Part shown: positions 35,473 through 47,007 of the stretch, piece by piece
Numbering within the stretch: position 1 is the stretch's first letter
How the letters are laid out: each line of letters begins with the position of its first letter
Translations under genes and position numbers: made by a program
Assembly: GCA_040437565.1 (NCBI GenBank)
Contig: JBDOQK010000032.1
Coordinates: 310,001 to 374,000 of the forward strand
DNA: 64,000 bases
Reading direction: 5' to 3'
Origin: Albugo candida
Taxonomy: Eukaryota
The notes under the pieces: model-generated
What the model was told of the DNA's origin: nothing
The model's input: only the letters and a program-made list of their open reading frames with translations
The model's database searches: none

Positions 35473-37824
35473 TCAGAAGGTCCAAAGCTTGACGCAATGA
35501 TCGGCACCACTTGTGACAAATGACGGCATGTGAGAATTCCACTGAACCTGAAGGACTTTTCCAGTATGTTGACGGAACGACGCAACAGGAGTCAGTAGAG
35601 GTGTCGTCTTAGAAGTGCTGAATAAGCAGACAGTCTCATCGAAAGAGCCGCTAACCAGCCAATTTCCATCCAGGCTCCAGGAAATACATCGACATTCGTC
35701 TCGGTGGTGTAAAACACTCTGAAGCGCTCGACGTGCCATCCGGAGATCCCACAGACAGATGGACCCGTCTTGATGAGCAGAAGCGAGTATCTGGCTTGCT
35801 TGAGGGTTGGATGAAAGTGCATATGCAACCGATCGAGTTGAGGCTACAAGTTGAGTGCATTTAGAAGTTCGAAAGTCCCAATTTCGAATTGTTTTGTCCA
35901 TTGACGCAGTCAGAAAATGAGTCGATATAGCACTTTGACTGCAAGTACTCTGACGATTGGGAGATGGGAATTGCATCGCGACAATCTCTCCAACGTGACC
36001 ATCAAATCGCTGGAAGCAAGCTTGAGGCTTACACTCAAAATTCCAGCATCGAATGACAAAGTCTCGAGAAGCTGTACTGCACAAAAGATGTGGCCGGGCA
36101 AATGCGAGACAACGCACTTTCCCTTGATGTCCGCTGATTTGTATGTCATCTTGTTTTTGGAGATTCACGAGTCGAATGGGAGAATCCACTGACCCTGAAG
36201 CGATCCACAAGTCGCTTGCGAAATGATTATACGCTACGGAGTAAATTGGCAAACTGTGATGTCGGTACTTTTCGAGAATGACGGGAAGTAATGGGAGAAC
36301 TTTTTTCTCTTCATAATCACCAAAACGAGATAATGGGATTGTTGCGAGGTCAAATATGCGCAGAGTTCGAGCATTCGTACCGATCATAGCTTCAGCACGC
36401 GCTGTACTAATATCCATAGCCCGGACAGCATGAGCTTCTTTAACTTGGGCGACTACGTGAGCTTGTACAATCTCATCGATACCCAGCCGATCGTACGTCA
36501 AAGTGAGCGGCTCTTGATCTCGTATGGGGTTCGTAGCAGTCTCGGCTTTATTTGGCGATTGTGAGCAGGTATTTGACTCATCATGTTGCGTGTTCCCTTC
36601 TATCAATGCGGCATTAAAGTCACACTGTGTAGCGATGTTGTTGTATCCTGAGTAAGAATTTCGTGGGCTCATCTGTGTTGCGGTTTCGTACGTCGCAATT
36701 GTCACGTCGACTGGATGCTCGTCTACCCAGCTCGTTTGCATGCTTTCGTCGCAGGTGTCGATCACAGGCTCGAGATCGGTTTGTAAGATCACATCTGATG
36801 AGAAATTCTCAGTTTGACAGGTAGCAGTATGCACTTTCACCATCGACGTTTGTATCGCCGCGTCAACGCTTTCCAAACTCCATGGCACCGTCTGAATTGA
36901 CGTATCAGCTGTTCCAACCATCGGTACGTCGTCGATGTTCTCATTCATTGTGTCCACGTCGTCCCATCGGCTATCAAATTGTATCGACATGACGAGTGGA
37001 TGATGCTTTAAGGGTTTTGCGAAAGAATTCCAAGCCTGTGAATGTGTCAGTGACGTAGAGGTCGAATGTGGCTGACGAGGATCCAACACGTTCGTGTAAG
37101 GTGGTTCCTGTGTGGCCTTCATCGCCAATGATAAGGAATTTATAGGAGCAATTCGAAGCGATTTCGAGGCTGCGACGCGTGATGCTTTGTCATTGCTTCC
37201 ACGATGCTCAAGCGCTTCATCCACTAAACAGGCTAATTCAAGCTTCGACATCATTTTATAGACATACTCAGCATCAGAAGGAGTGATTTCAGGTCGGAAC
37301 AGCGCCACTAAACGTTCATAGCAGCTAAGTCGTCTTTTATAAGGCGAGTACGCCGAGGAGTAACGAGCATTTGCATATGAATTCTGTGTCGAGTATTCAT
37401 CTATTGGACCAGCGCATTCCACGTATTGCAGTGGCCCTTCATCGTTAAGTCCTTCCCGAGCGCGAAGCACGTCGAAGCTTTTCCTCTCACACATCGGTTG
37501 GTCCTCTTCAAAATCCTTTGTTGCATTCAGTGCGTGGATGTATTCCATGCGCTTTTCATTGTCCACCATTCTGCTTGCAAATTCGATTTCTTGTCCTGAT
37601 AGACTTCCTCTCAGACACTGTACGAATTCCAAAGCGACGTCGTATTTTCCAGCCAAGACAGAGTCCCGAAGCATGGTCATCTCATGGGAGACTCCACACA
37701 TCCAGAAGGGATCAACGCCCGATTCTTCCATCAATACAGAAGCAGATCTAGAAAATCCATACGCACGCAGGAAATTAATAATGTAGAATAGAATTTCATC
37801 AGTATCAAAATTATAAATGCACAT
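35473..37824 (-). CDS. WDR47-like LisH/CTLH plus C-terminal WD40 protein
   Basis: LisH (YIINFLRAYGFSRSASVLMEESGV), CTLH (LRDSVLAGKYD) and about 7 WD40 repeats at the C-terminus. Confidence 0.8.
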   Translation of the reverse strand: MCIYNFDTDEILFYIINFLRAYGFSRSASVLMEESGVDPFWMCGVSHEMTMLRDSVLAGKYDVALEFVQCLRGSLSGQEIEFASRMVDNEKRMEYIHALNATKDFEEDQPMCERKSFDVLRAREGLNDEGPLQYVECAGPIDEYSTQNSYANARYSSAYSPYKRRLSCYERLVALFRPEITPSDAEYVYKMMSKLELACLVDEALEHRGSNDKASRVAASKSLRIAPINSLSLAMKATQEPPYTNVLDPRQPHSTSTSLTHSQAWNSFAKPLKHHPLVMSIQFDSRWDDVDTMNENIDDVPMVGTADTSIQTVPWSLESVDAAIQTSMVKVHTATCQTENFSSDVILQTDLEPVIDTCDESMQTSWVDEHPVDVTIATYETATQMSPRNSYSGYNNIATQCDFNAALIEGNTQHDESNTCSQSPNKAETATNPIRDQEPLTLTYDRLGIDEIVQAHVVAQVKEAHAVRAMDISTARAEAMIGTNARTLRIFDLATIPLSRFGDYEEKKVLPLLPVILEKYRHHSLPIYSVAYNHFASDLWIASGSVDSPIRLVNLQKQDDIQISGHQGKVRCLAFARPHLLCSTASRDFVIRCWNFECKPQACFQRFDGHVGEIVAMQFPSPNRQSTCSQSAISTHFLTASMDKTIRNWDFRTSKCTQLVASTRSVAYALSSNPQASQILASAHQDGSICLWDLRMARRALQSVLHHRDECRCISWSLDGNWLVSGSFDETVCLFSTSKTTPLLTPVASFRQHTGKVLQVQWNSHMPSFVTSGADHCVKLWTF

Positions 37825-37894
37825 GAGTTGGGTCTCATCGAGAATAAAATTCGATTAAAATAGCTTTTTTTATGGCAATATACCACACACTCTA

Positions 37895-39559
37895 TCAACA
37901 TTCGTATACTTTGATGGTTGCCGTAACAACACTCCTGCAAATTGGACACTCGGGATGGTTCGACGTAAGCATTATATCCAAGCATTCCATACAAGCTGCA
38001 ATGTGTCCACAAGGGATACAAGCGGCAGTCTTTTTGGCGGCCATACAAATCACACACTCCTTCATAGAGCGGCTAGAAGTCGGACTCGAACGATAAAAAG
38101 TCGGTTTCGATACTTCATCGAATTTCTCATCGCATTCCAATGCAGGGGCTGATGGTTGTGCCGAGGCCTCACACCACTCTTGGTCCCACAAACGCATCCA
38201 CAAATCGCGCTCCTCTGATGACGTAGCTGCGAAAATCAATTCAAGGCGGGAAAGCGGACGATACTTGTGCCTTGAAAACTCGCTGTTGATGGGTTGTATC
38301 TCTACAGGATATATCGATTGAAACATATACTGCTTATCCATAAAAGTAGTTGCCATTGTATTCATAAAAACAGCTCCTCGCGAAAGACTTCNNNNNNNNN
38401 NNNNNNNNNNNNNNNNNNNNNNNNNNNNNNNNNNNNNNNNNNNNNNNNNNNNNNNNNNNNNNNNNNNNNNNNNNNNNNNNNNNNNNNNNNNACGATAAAA
38501 AGTCGGTTTCGATACTTCATCGAATTTCTCATCGCATTCCAATGCAGGGGCTGATGGTTGTGCCGAGGCCTCACACCACTCTTGGTCCCACAAACGCATC
38601 CACAAATCGCGCTCCTCTGATGACGTAGCTGCGAAAATCAATTCAAGGCGGGAAAGCGGACGATACTTGTGCCTTGAAAACTCGCTGTTGATGGGTTGTA
38701 TCTCTACAGGATATATCGATTGAAACATATACTGCTTATCCATAAAAGTAGTTGCCATTGTATTCATAAAAACAGCTCCTCGCGAAAGACTTCCGTTTTC
38801 GTCGAAAATGCGTTCAGGGACAGTGATCGATGAGTAACAATACGTGACAGAACGAAGACCGCGACGTATTATCGAGTTGGCAATAGGAGACGAATCCTTT
38901 GGAGACCGGTAGAATGCCATTTCAAACTCGTGGTCGGATGTATCGCAAGCTATTGCCACACACCATCGTTTTCGCCATATTGAATGCAGTTTTCTCGATT
39001 TGACATACATCCAGCCCGAATGTAAGCAAAGCTTCACAGTCAAATACTGAGCGACAGCCTCACGTCGATGAAGTCGAGCAATGTCGATTGGTAAATGTCC
39101 ATCCCGATTGAGTGCAAACAAATTTCCATTGGCTTTACAGAGCAACTCGATGCACGCAATACTGTCGGCGTCAGCTGCATAATGCATTGCTGTATTTCCT
39201 TGAAAGAAGCCATCCACAAGATTTACATCCGCGCCAAACTCGATCAATACTCGCACGGCCTCTGAATCTCCCAATTTACAGGCATGCATAAGCAAGGTCA
39301 TTTTTCTCCGGCCATGATGACGGTTTAAAAGCTGTGGGACGGATGCAAACATCGCTCGTACGGAACAAAATAAGTCCATGATAGGGATACAATTGGAGCC
39401 GGATTCAACCATTTTCCCACTGCGGTATGCGTGCAAGTGCTCACGTAATTTCTCAGTCTGACATTGTTTGACGCTCTTCCATAAAGATCTTTCCAGACGT
39501 GACAAGTTAGTGAACATCGCTAAGAGAATTGGATTGTGAGTGTACGATGGTAATGGCAA
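37895..39559 (-). CDS. Ankyrin repeat - PH - RING E3 ligase-like protein
   Basis: Ankyrin GNTAMHYAA and GHLPIDIA; PH SGWMYVK...WRKRW; RING CVICM...PCGHIAACMEC...CPICR. 38090-38391 is duplicated at 38492-38793 across a gap. Start codon uncertain. Confidence 0.85.
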   Translation of the reverse strand: MPLPSYTHNPILLAMFTNLSRLERSLWKSVKQCQTEKLREHLHAYRSGKMVESGSNCIPIMDLFCSVRAMFASVPQLLNRHHGRRKMTLLMHACKLGDSEAVRVLIEFGADVNLVDGFFQGNTAMHYAADADSIACIELLCKANGNLFALNRDGHLPIDIARLHRREAVAQYLTVKLCLHSGWMYVKSRKLHSIWRKRWCVAIACDTSDHEFEMAFYRSPKDSSPIANSIIRRGLRSVTYCYSSITVPERIFDENGSLSRGAVFMNTMATTFMDKQYMFQSIYPVEIQPINSEFSRHKYRPLSRLELIFAATSSEERDLWMRLWDQEWCEASAQPSAPALECDEKFDEVSKPTFYRXXXXXXXXXXXXXXXXXXXXXXXXXXXXXXXXXXSLSRGAVFMNTMATTFMDKQYMFQSIYPVEIQPINSEFSRHKYRPLSRLELIFAATSSEERDLWMRLWDQEWCEASAQPSAPALECDEKFDEVSKPTFYRSSPTSSRSMKECVICMAAKKTAACIPCGHIAACMECLDIMLTSNHPECPICRSVVTATIKVYEC

Positions 39560-39702
39560 CAGGAACAGTTCATTTGGAGATGGATTGATGCGATATGACC
39601 TGACACTTTTTGACAGGGGCGTTTAGGCAGTCCATCGCTTTGTAGTCAATGATCCTCTTCAACCCAAAGCTTGGACTTTGAGATAGAGCTTGGTACCATC
39701 TC

Positions 39703-41493
39703 TCAAGTTTTGGTATCTGAACTCCAATCAGTTGCGAATTGCAATCGTGGTAGGGCTTTCATGCAGGAGGTATCTAATCCACTTACATCTCCACGTTTCT
39801 GAATAAAAGAAGTCACAATCGCGTCACGACAAGGGGCTTCTTCCACTGAACATATGCTCTCTCCACAACAATGTGCTCCATAATCGAATTCAATAAGTGC
39901 ACGTCCACGACCACCTCTCAATTTCTTTTCGTAGAGATACTTAGCAAAATAAAACGGAGTTTGGAAGTCTAATTGGCCACCCAATAGTAGTGCGCTGGTC
40001 GTATCGGGTAGAATGATATCCTTGTGGAAATAAACGTCGAGTGGATAGGAGAATGACGGAGGAGGCTTAAATGTTGTAAAGTTCTTCAGCTGATCTCTGA
40101 TTCGAGGATCTTCACAAACTTTGTCTTGCGCGCCGGTAAAGATACAAAAGTTGATCAGATCATATTCGAATGGAGCGGAGAACGGTCCATCCCGATACGA
40201 TTGAAGAAGTTCCTGATACGATGGAGACGGACGGTCCCATCTTTCGGAAGTCACAATGACACTATACAGCAGTGTATTATCGTCTCGTATTTGATCAACA
40301 GTTGAATTCTCATTTGGTGAACGCCAAAGGTTCAGGTAGTGCTGGAATTCGTTCAACTCGTTGACGTCACAGTCTGTTTGCAGCAGGTACTTTAGGACCA
40401 GTGGAATATGCTTCCGATACGATGGATGAGCGACCTTATCGAACACGAATTGTCGTATGGATTCTGAGGCTTTTTCGTTGTTGTAATATTGCATCAGCTT
40501 CGTCAAACAAGAACTTCGGGAGCCAGCATCCTTGTCCACATAATGATACATGCGTAGCAATTCTTGTACAGCTGTTTTTGTAGAGCCAATCTTCAATGGA
40601 CATGTACTGTCTTCTACACAATCTTGTAAAAATCGACGTGTGGGTTCTTGAATGGCGCTGTTCCAATTCGAATCGGCGCTGTTGATGGGATCGTAGCGAT
40701 CGGTCGGTACATCGATTCCCTCTAAAATATATCCGGTCACGTACTTGGGTTCAAGTTGAATTAGACGCTGTATCAGAAATGTACCGTAGCTGTAGCCGTA
40801 CACAAACACATTGACATGAAACGGAGCATCAAGTTCTACAGTGTGTTCTAAAATGACTTTAAGATCCATCGCCGCGTTCGTCACACTGAATATCTCCGCA
40901 TGATGCTGATACTGGTAGTTTAGATCTTTGAGACAGTCGCCCATGTCTTCAAATAATATACTGTTTCCGCCAGAACTACCTTTCTGCAGCGCTTGTGCGG
41001 CCCTACATGTTAGATAATGGCTTTTTCCAGTTCCTCGATGGTCCAATGTGTAAACAGTGACGAATTTCTTCAGCATTTGAGACATACTGACCATTCTTCT
41101 TTCTACTATGATTGAACAAAAGTTGGTCTCAACACGTAATTAGACAGTTCTGGGTGGATTACATGTTGCAGAAGATAGCCCGGGTCCCCCTTGCACGAGC
41201 CATAATAAAGTGCTCGTATTTGAACTGTTTCTCTTCGCACGAATACGTTTGACAAATATCTCGATACTTTGCTTTTCCACCGTGCCACCATGGCCACACA
41301 ATCCTTCGTGACATAACGGCACAGCTACTTTTGCGCACTCAAAGTGAGTCGATACGCTTTGTGCATGTGCTCTTCCATTGGATGTGCTACTGGTACGTTC
41401 ACATGGATACCATTCATTCATTCTCAATGCGCGTGGAGACACGCAGAAAACGCTACAGACGAGAGCATTCAACAGCGTTCGAAAAGCCATCAT
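39703..41493 (-). CDS. Secreted alpha/beta hydrolase (serine peptidase family S33-like)
   Basis: Signal-peptide-like N-terminus, QGGPG, DHRGTGKS, GYSYG nucleophile, GQLDFQTP and GAH; intron ~41106-41162. Confidence 0.88.
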
Positions 41494-41568
41494 TCGTGCG
41501 CTCGGATCTTTCACGGTCAGCCGCATTTAGCTTAAGTACACACCTAGCCCATAGGTACGCTTTTCATC

Positions 41569-43616
41569 ATGGGTAAATGCTTCGGAGATGGACTCGCGGC
41601 TCTCTTTGATGAAATGGGGTACACAGACGATATTGAATGCACCAGTATAAGCGGTGAAGACTTGGATATACTGTATGGGCTTCCATCGATACGAATTCAA
41701 GCTTTTTTGGACTGGTTTCAGTCCTGTCTATCTCCATCCCATTCCTTGCGGCGTGCGTTGAGTGCGGCTGATTACAAATTTTATAAAAGGCAAATGAAAG
41801 AGCATGGAGAGACATGGATAATTGATGGAGAGGAATTGATGCGCGAGGAAATGATTTGTGCTCATGAGGACCGTGAGGATCAAGGTTTAGCGCTTGAAGC
41901 ATTCAATTCGAAGAATAACATGTTAGAAAAACAGATATCGGCATTGGAGACCAAGATAAGTACCGTGCTAGCTCGGAATACAAGACTAGAGCGCTGTGTT
42001 GAGAATGAAAGCAACTTAATCGCAAATTTACAGTCGCATCACGAAAACATAACGCAGCAGTCTCTCTCAGTTACGTCAACAGATGGAAGTCTCCAAGCCC
42101 AACAACTTTGTGGCATTATCGAGGATCAAATTGAGCAATATGTAACCATGCTGCGCCCCTCACCACCTTCTGAGGATCACAAATCATATGAATCACCCAT
42201 CAACCCTCAAGAACAGCCACAATCGATAAATAAAGCTTCCATACAAACTGAATATATCCCTTCGCTCATCCATCAACTTCCTTTGCAGAAACTCCTGTCT
42301 CTAGAAGCTATCAAAATGGAAAGCCTAATGAGACAGCTTCGATCTATGCAGGTAACATCGCGAAATGCCTCCGATCAAACTCAACAAACATCGCCGATGG
42401 ACACTGAAAAGTTTCCGAAATGGCTTCTGGAAGTAGATCCGGCAGAGTTGTTCGAACAAGAACATCATGTGGCAGTATACAACCAGTGAGCGACACTCTT
42501 TCTCTTTTACTATCAATCTCGCTGAAATTGGGCATGTTAGATGTAGCATCGAGTTGGCTCGACTAGAAACCGCTATGGCAGTCAGCAAAGAAGACCAATT
42601 TCGAGCGCAGATCGAGTTACTTACGAATAAAGCGTACCTAGAGGAACTAAGCACACACTCTTATCGCAAAATGCAACTGAAGCTGTTGGATCCTCAGAAA
42701 GTCAAGTAAGAAAGGTCGATTTCTATCGAGTTGGTCAGCTTATATTTGCATCTGTAGCCATCGAATTCAGAGCGCAGAAGCTCACGTACAAGATGCTCGA
42801 GACAAAATAGCCCAACTCATCACAGAATTGATCCCAAAGCGCTGTAGAGAAGTCTCCACACTCAAATGCTCTTCTGTTGTTTTGGAAACGTACCGACATC
42901 GCATGCACCGACAACAAAACCGTCTCCAAGAATTTGATTCTATCTTATCCTCTTACGAAAAGCAACACGATCGACTCGACTTGCTTCAATGTGTGCTCAC
43001 AGCCGAAAACAACGATTTACAAGCATTCCATACGTCTTTAAAGGAGATTTTCGTCGAGTTGGATCATTGCTGTCAATGCATTCAGGATCGACTTACGGTC
43101 GCTTCAATTACACAGACACCAGACGAGCAGATGCCCAGCAATTCTGAGCATGCCCCATTCCTACAGAATTTTCGACAGGTCCTTGAAGGTAATGTGTATG
43201 GCTTCGAAGAAAACTCATCTCAGCAAATCGAACGAAGCAAATCATTCATGGTGGAAGAGCTCTTCCGTTTGAGTAAAATACAACAGACGAATGCAACGAG
43301 TCTGGCTCAGAGTTGGACACGCACGCTCGACGAATGGCAGCGCCTCACAACCATAAAACAAGATATCTATCAAATGTTGCGCACGGAAATGTATGGCGAT
43401 TCTCATTCCTGGACTCCACAATTGCTAGCACATCATACTCACAATGCATTACAACGCGCTACGGAGGCAATCGAAGTTTTGGAGAAAACACTTTCCAATG
43501 TCACCCGACACTATGAATCTGAAAAACGTAAAAAAGAGTGTCGGAACGGGGAAGATCACGACAAATTGATAAAGCTTCAGGGCCAACTAGAGCTCCTTGA
43601 CTCCAGAAAGGAATGA
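41569..43616 (+). CDS. HAUS3: HAUS augmin complex subunit 3-like
   Basis: N-terminus EMGY...SGEDLDILY...FLDWF resembles the HAUS3 N-terminal domain; coiled coils follow; introns at ~42486-42540 and ~42706-42778. Confidence 0.65.
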
Positions 43617-44203
43617 GTGTAGTACATTCACACTACATCCACTCAGTTGTGCCATTGCATTATTGCTTCAATATATGGGCATCACCGGTATCGCCGCCAA
43701 CACTGTTCCTATCCGAACGTGACGACGGCTATCACACCTCTGCTGCACCGGTGACGACATCTATCCCACTTACAGCCCCCCCACTCTCCGTTACGGTGTA
43801 AAGTACTATCTCGTTGGGTTCCCTCCAAATGACAAAGCGCACCACCAAAGTTTTTGGTTCCAAAGCCGACATTTACGTGTTATGCATCTTCTTTGAGCTT
43901 TCATCGAGACCTTAATTTCATTCACAAATACAAATGCTCACCGCCATGACGTCTCGCTTCTCAACATACCAAAAACAAGCTAAGCTCAGTACTGCAAATC
44001 CCTATAAAATGAGAAAGAATGACCTGCTTTTTCTTATACAGCGGATCCTTTGACACCCGACGATGCAACGAAAGCGATATAGAAGATGACAAGCGACGCA
44101 GCGTAGTAACATCGACAGAACATTCTGACAAGCCTCAATTAATAAGACAACGTCACGCATAACAAAAAAAACCTCGCTCCTAAACCAGCGGCTCGCACGT
44201 CCA

Positions 44204-46750
44204 TTATGTCTGCGCAATCTTTAAATCAATGGACATCAAAGAAGCTACAAAAGTGGAGATCATTTTCGGCTTGACCTCCACGATATCTTCATACGTCAAA
44301 AAAACCGTCGCACCAACTTTCTGCGCACAGCTAATTGCATATTTCGCATTATTGATTTTTTCATCGTCCGACTCGCCGCTAGTCACTTGATCCCAATTCA
44401 CTGCACGTGACTCAACTGCGTGTACCAGATCCAATAAATATATTCCATTGGAGAGCACACCGTCCCGGAAGGCAGACATTTGTGCTTTTGATCGTCCTGA
44501 CTGCTGCACTTTGGCATTCGCCCACTCGATAATGTCCTTGTCAGTAATTGGATGGCCACCATTCCGAGCCAAACTTGTCAAGATCTTCAGTTGCTGGTGT
44601 CGCATACTCTGCCACATAATGGATAAGATGAGCTTCTTATTGCCGTCAAAGATATCCGCACCGCCAATGTTGACCAGCGAGAATTGAAATGGAGCATCCT
44701 TTCCGATATCCACACAGTAATTACAATTTTCCACCTTTTGATACGTATTCGGTGCGTTCATATGAACTTTGGACCATTGAACTACTCCTTTTTCAATTCG
44801 GTCAAATACTTTGAGTAACGCGATGCCATCACGCACGTCGGAGAACAGATGATTGATGTGTAGCCCATCGATTCCCATTGAATTGATCCACATGCGGAAG
44901 ACACGTTCTTCTCGAGTATCTCCGACATCATCGTACAGAATCTCATTCAATTTCTTCATGTCTGCCTCCACAACATCAAGAGATGGACAAGTATTGAATA
45001 ATTGAGCCACAAACGACATATTGAGTTTGGGGTTCCCATTGGTGATATCGTGAGGTTTGATGAACGTTTCCACTTGCAGGTGTCGAGCGTTTTGGATGAC
45101 GTGTGCGGCGCGTCCTTGTCCGGTTTGTTCGTTGCATAAGTCACATTGATTCGGTGCAATGTGATGAAGCAAAACGCTGTACGCATGCGCATCCTTTACA
45201 TCGCTGCTGAAATTACTAATTCGGTGTGGATGTCCGGCACCCTGCAAGTGATAATTCATCCATCGAAGTAAGATTTGGTCAGGTGGGAGACGCATAAACT
45301 CTTCCAAGGATTCACCATCGAGTAATAATCGAACTAATTCGGGATGATTCTTCAAATTGATGGTAGACGTCAGCTGGATTTTGATGATTTGCCACACAAG
45401 CCCAAGCACTAGAATCGGTTTGCCTTCAATCAAATCCACCGGTCCAATATTAACGACACTGCAGCCGATGCTTTTGGCGGCGTTGATGCAGAGATTGAGA
45501 TTTTCGGTCATTTCGTACACATTAAGAGCTTTTGTTGTGGTGTTGTTGATGGCACGGGAATCAATAGTTTCTGGAACAGCCTCATTCAAAAGCTTACACA
45601 GTAAAACTCCATCTGCCACCGACAAAAAAAGACCGTCATCGTCGGTGGAAATTGGAAGCAAATGAGATAACTGTGAATCACGACCCAAGCAATTATTAAT
45701 ATGTTCCGTGAATGCAGTTTTCTCGGCTTCAGAGTATGAATGGACACCACCTGCACTTCCTCGGACTTCATGTATGACACTGGAGGTATGAGGTCGTGAT
45801 CCCGTTTTAGAAACGCTGTATAGAGGCTGACTTGGATTGCTTACTTTCCGTTCCGATGGCCATGAGAATTTTCTACTACGTTCACCCATTTTGATTATGT
45901 TCGAGTCATCCGATGCTACGGGTGTTGAAGGAGCCTTCAACGATTGTTTTGATGTTTCACTGCTATTTGGTGCTGGCCACTGAGATTGAGAAAAAACACT
46001 GGATGTCGATGATCCGTGAGCTGGGGATGGAATGTTGCTCGACGGTGGCCATTGAGGCTTTGTGCCAGAAGACTCTTGTGATGAGTGAGCTCGTTGGGAT
46101 CGCATCGGGGTGCTTGATGGAGGCCAGGGAGCTTTCTTCACGCCAGGTTGACCACTTTTTGGTGGCCATTGAGGTTTACCCGACATTGTATTGCTACCAG
46201 AAATGCTAGAATCTTGAGAAGATTGGGGAGGCCATTTTGCTTTCTGGATGGGGCTTACGGTCACCGGCGGGCCAGTCTCATGGGCGACGAGTTTGCTGCT
46301 CTCTTGGGTCGATTTAGGTGGCCATTGCGGTTTATTCGCCCACGGTAAGTTGGACGATAGTTTCGGAGCAGTGTTTTCTTGCTGCTGCGGTGGAGGTACC
46401 ACTTGTTTACTCACTTCGCCTGTGGTCTGCAAAGTGGTTTCTACTGGTTTTTGAGTCCCAAGAGCACCGAAAACAAGCGTTCCATTGCGGAGATCTCGAA
46501 CGACATTCATAAACTCTACAAATGTAATTTTTCCATGAATTTCCCATTCTCTTGTAGATTTCACGATCTGAAGGTCATTCGACGTAATTTCGTCATGATG
46601 TTCACCACATTCGAGCAACACCGGACCAATCATTGGAAACGAGATCGTGGCTGCCGAATCGAGGTCATGCTGCTTGAAGCTGGCTTTGAAATTGTGTATC
46701 TCTTTTGGAGAGAAAATCTGCAAGAAGCTGGATGGAAGTTGATAGCTCAT
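44204..46750 (-). CDS. Fimbrin/plastin (EF-hand plus four CH domains) with an inserted Pro/Ser-rich repeat linker
   Basis: EF-hands, HSYSEAEKTAFTEHIN, DGVLLCKL, LVLGLVWQII, REERVFRMWINS and NAKYAISCA. Confidence 0.95.
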   Translation of the reverse strand: MSYQLPSSFLQIFSPKEIHNFKASFKQHDLDSAATISFPMIGPVLLECGEHHDEITSNDLQIVKSTREWEIHGKITFVEFMNVVRDLRNGTLVFGALGTQKPVETTLQTTGEVSKQVVPPPQQQENTAPKLSSNLPWANKPQWPPKSTQESSKLVAHETGPPVTVSPIQKAKWPPQSSQDSSISGSNTMSGKPQWPPKSGQPGVKKAPWPPSSTPMRSQRAHSSQESSGTKPQWPPSSNIPSPAHGSSTSSVFSQSQWPAPNSSETSKQSLKAPSTPVASDDSNIIKMGERSRKFSWPSERKVSNPSQPLYSVSKTGSRPHTSSVIHEVRGSAGGVHSYSEAEKTAFTEHINNCLGRDSQLSHLLPISTDDDGLFLSVADGVLLCKLLNEAVPETIDSRAINNTTTKALNVYEMTENLNLCINAAKSIGCSVVNIGPVDLIEGKPILVLGLVWQIIKIQLTSTINLKNHPELVRLLLDGESLEEFMRLPPDQILLRWMNYHLQGAGHPHRISNFSSDVKDAHAYSVLLHHIAPNQCDLCNEQTGQGRAAHVIQNARHLQVETFIKPHDITNGNPKLNMSFVAQLFNTCPSLDVVEADMKKLNEILYDDVGDTREERVFRMWINSMGIDGLHINHLFSDVRDGIALLKVFDRIEKGVVQWSKVHMNAPNTYQKVENCNYCVDIGKDAPFQFSLVNIGGADIFDGNKKLILSIMWQSMRHQQLKILTSLARNGGHPITDKDIIEWANAKVQQSGRSKAQMSAFRDGVLSNGIYLLDLVHAVESRAVNWDQVTSGESDDEKINNAKYAISCAQKVGATVFLTYEDIVEVKPKMISTFVASLMSIDLKIAQT

Positions 46751-47007
46751 CCGCTTTCCTTCTGTTCGTTCAAAGAAGTAATGTGTTCGTAAAGGAATAC
46801 TGAACAGGCAAATAAAATGTGAGAAAGTCTGTAGGCTTCGTATCGAGTAGAAGGGGGTATCAATGTTCACAGNNNNNNNNNNNNNNNNNNNNNNNNNNNN
46901 NNNNNNNNNNNNNNNNNNNNNNNNNNNNNNNNNNNNNNNNNNNNNNNNNNNNNNNNNNNNNNNNNNNNNNNNATCCCACGCAAGAGGCTTTCACCATATA
47001 TTAATAC

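Noticed and set aside
38090-38793. Internal repeat in the ANK-PH-RING protein
   Set aside because: Assembly overlap across a gap; smaller overlaps occur at the 9782, 23116, 27921, 50456 and 51179 gaps.
43650-43872. Small minus-strand ORF (MSALEPKTLVV...) with a GTAAGT donor
   Set aside because: Only ~50 aa even if spliced, with no recognisable homology.
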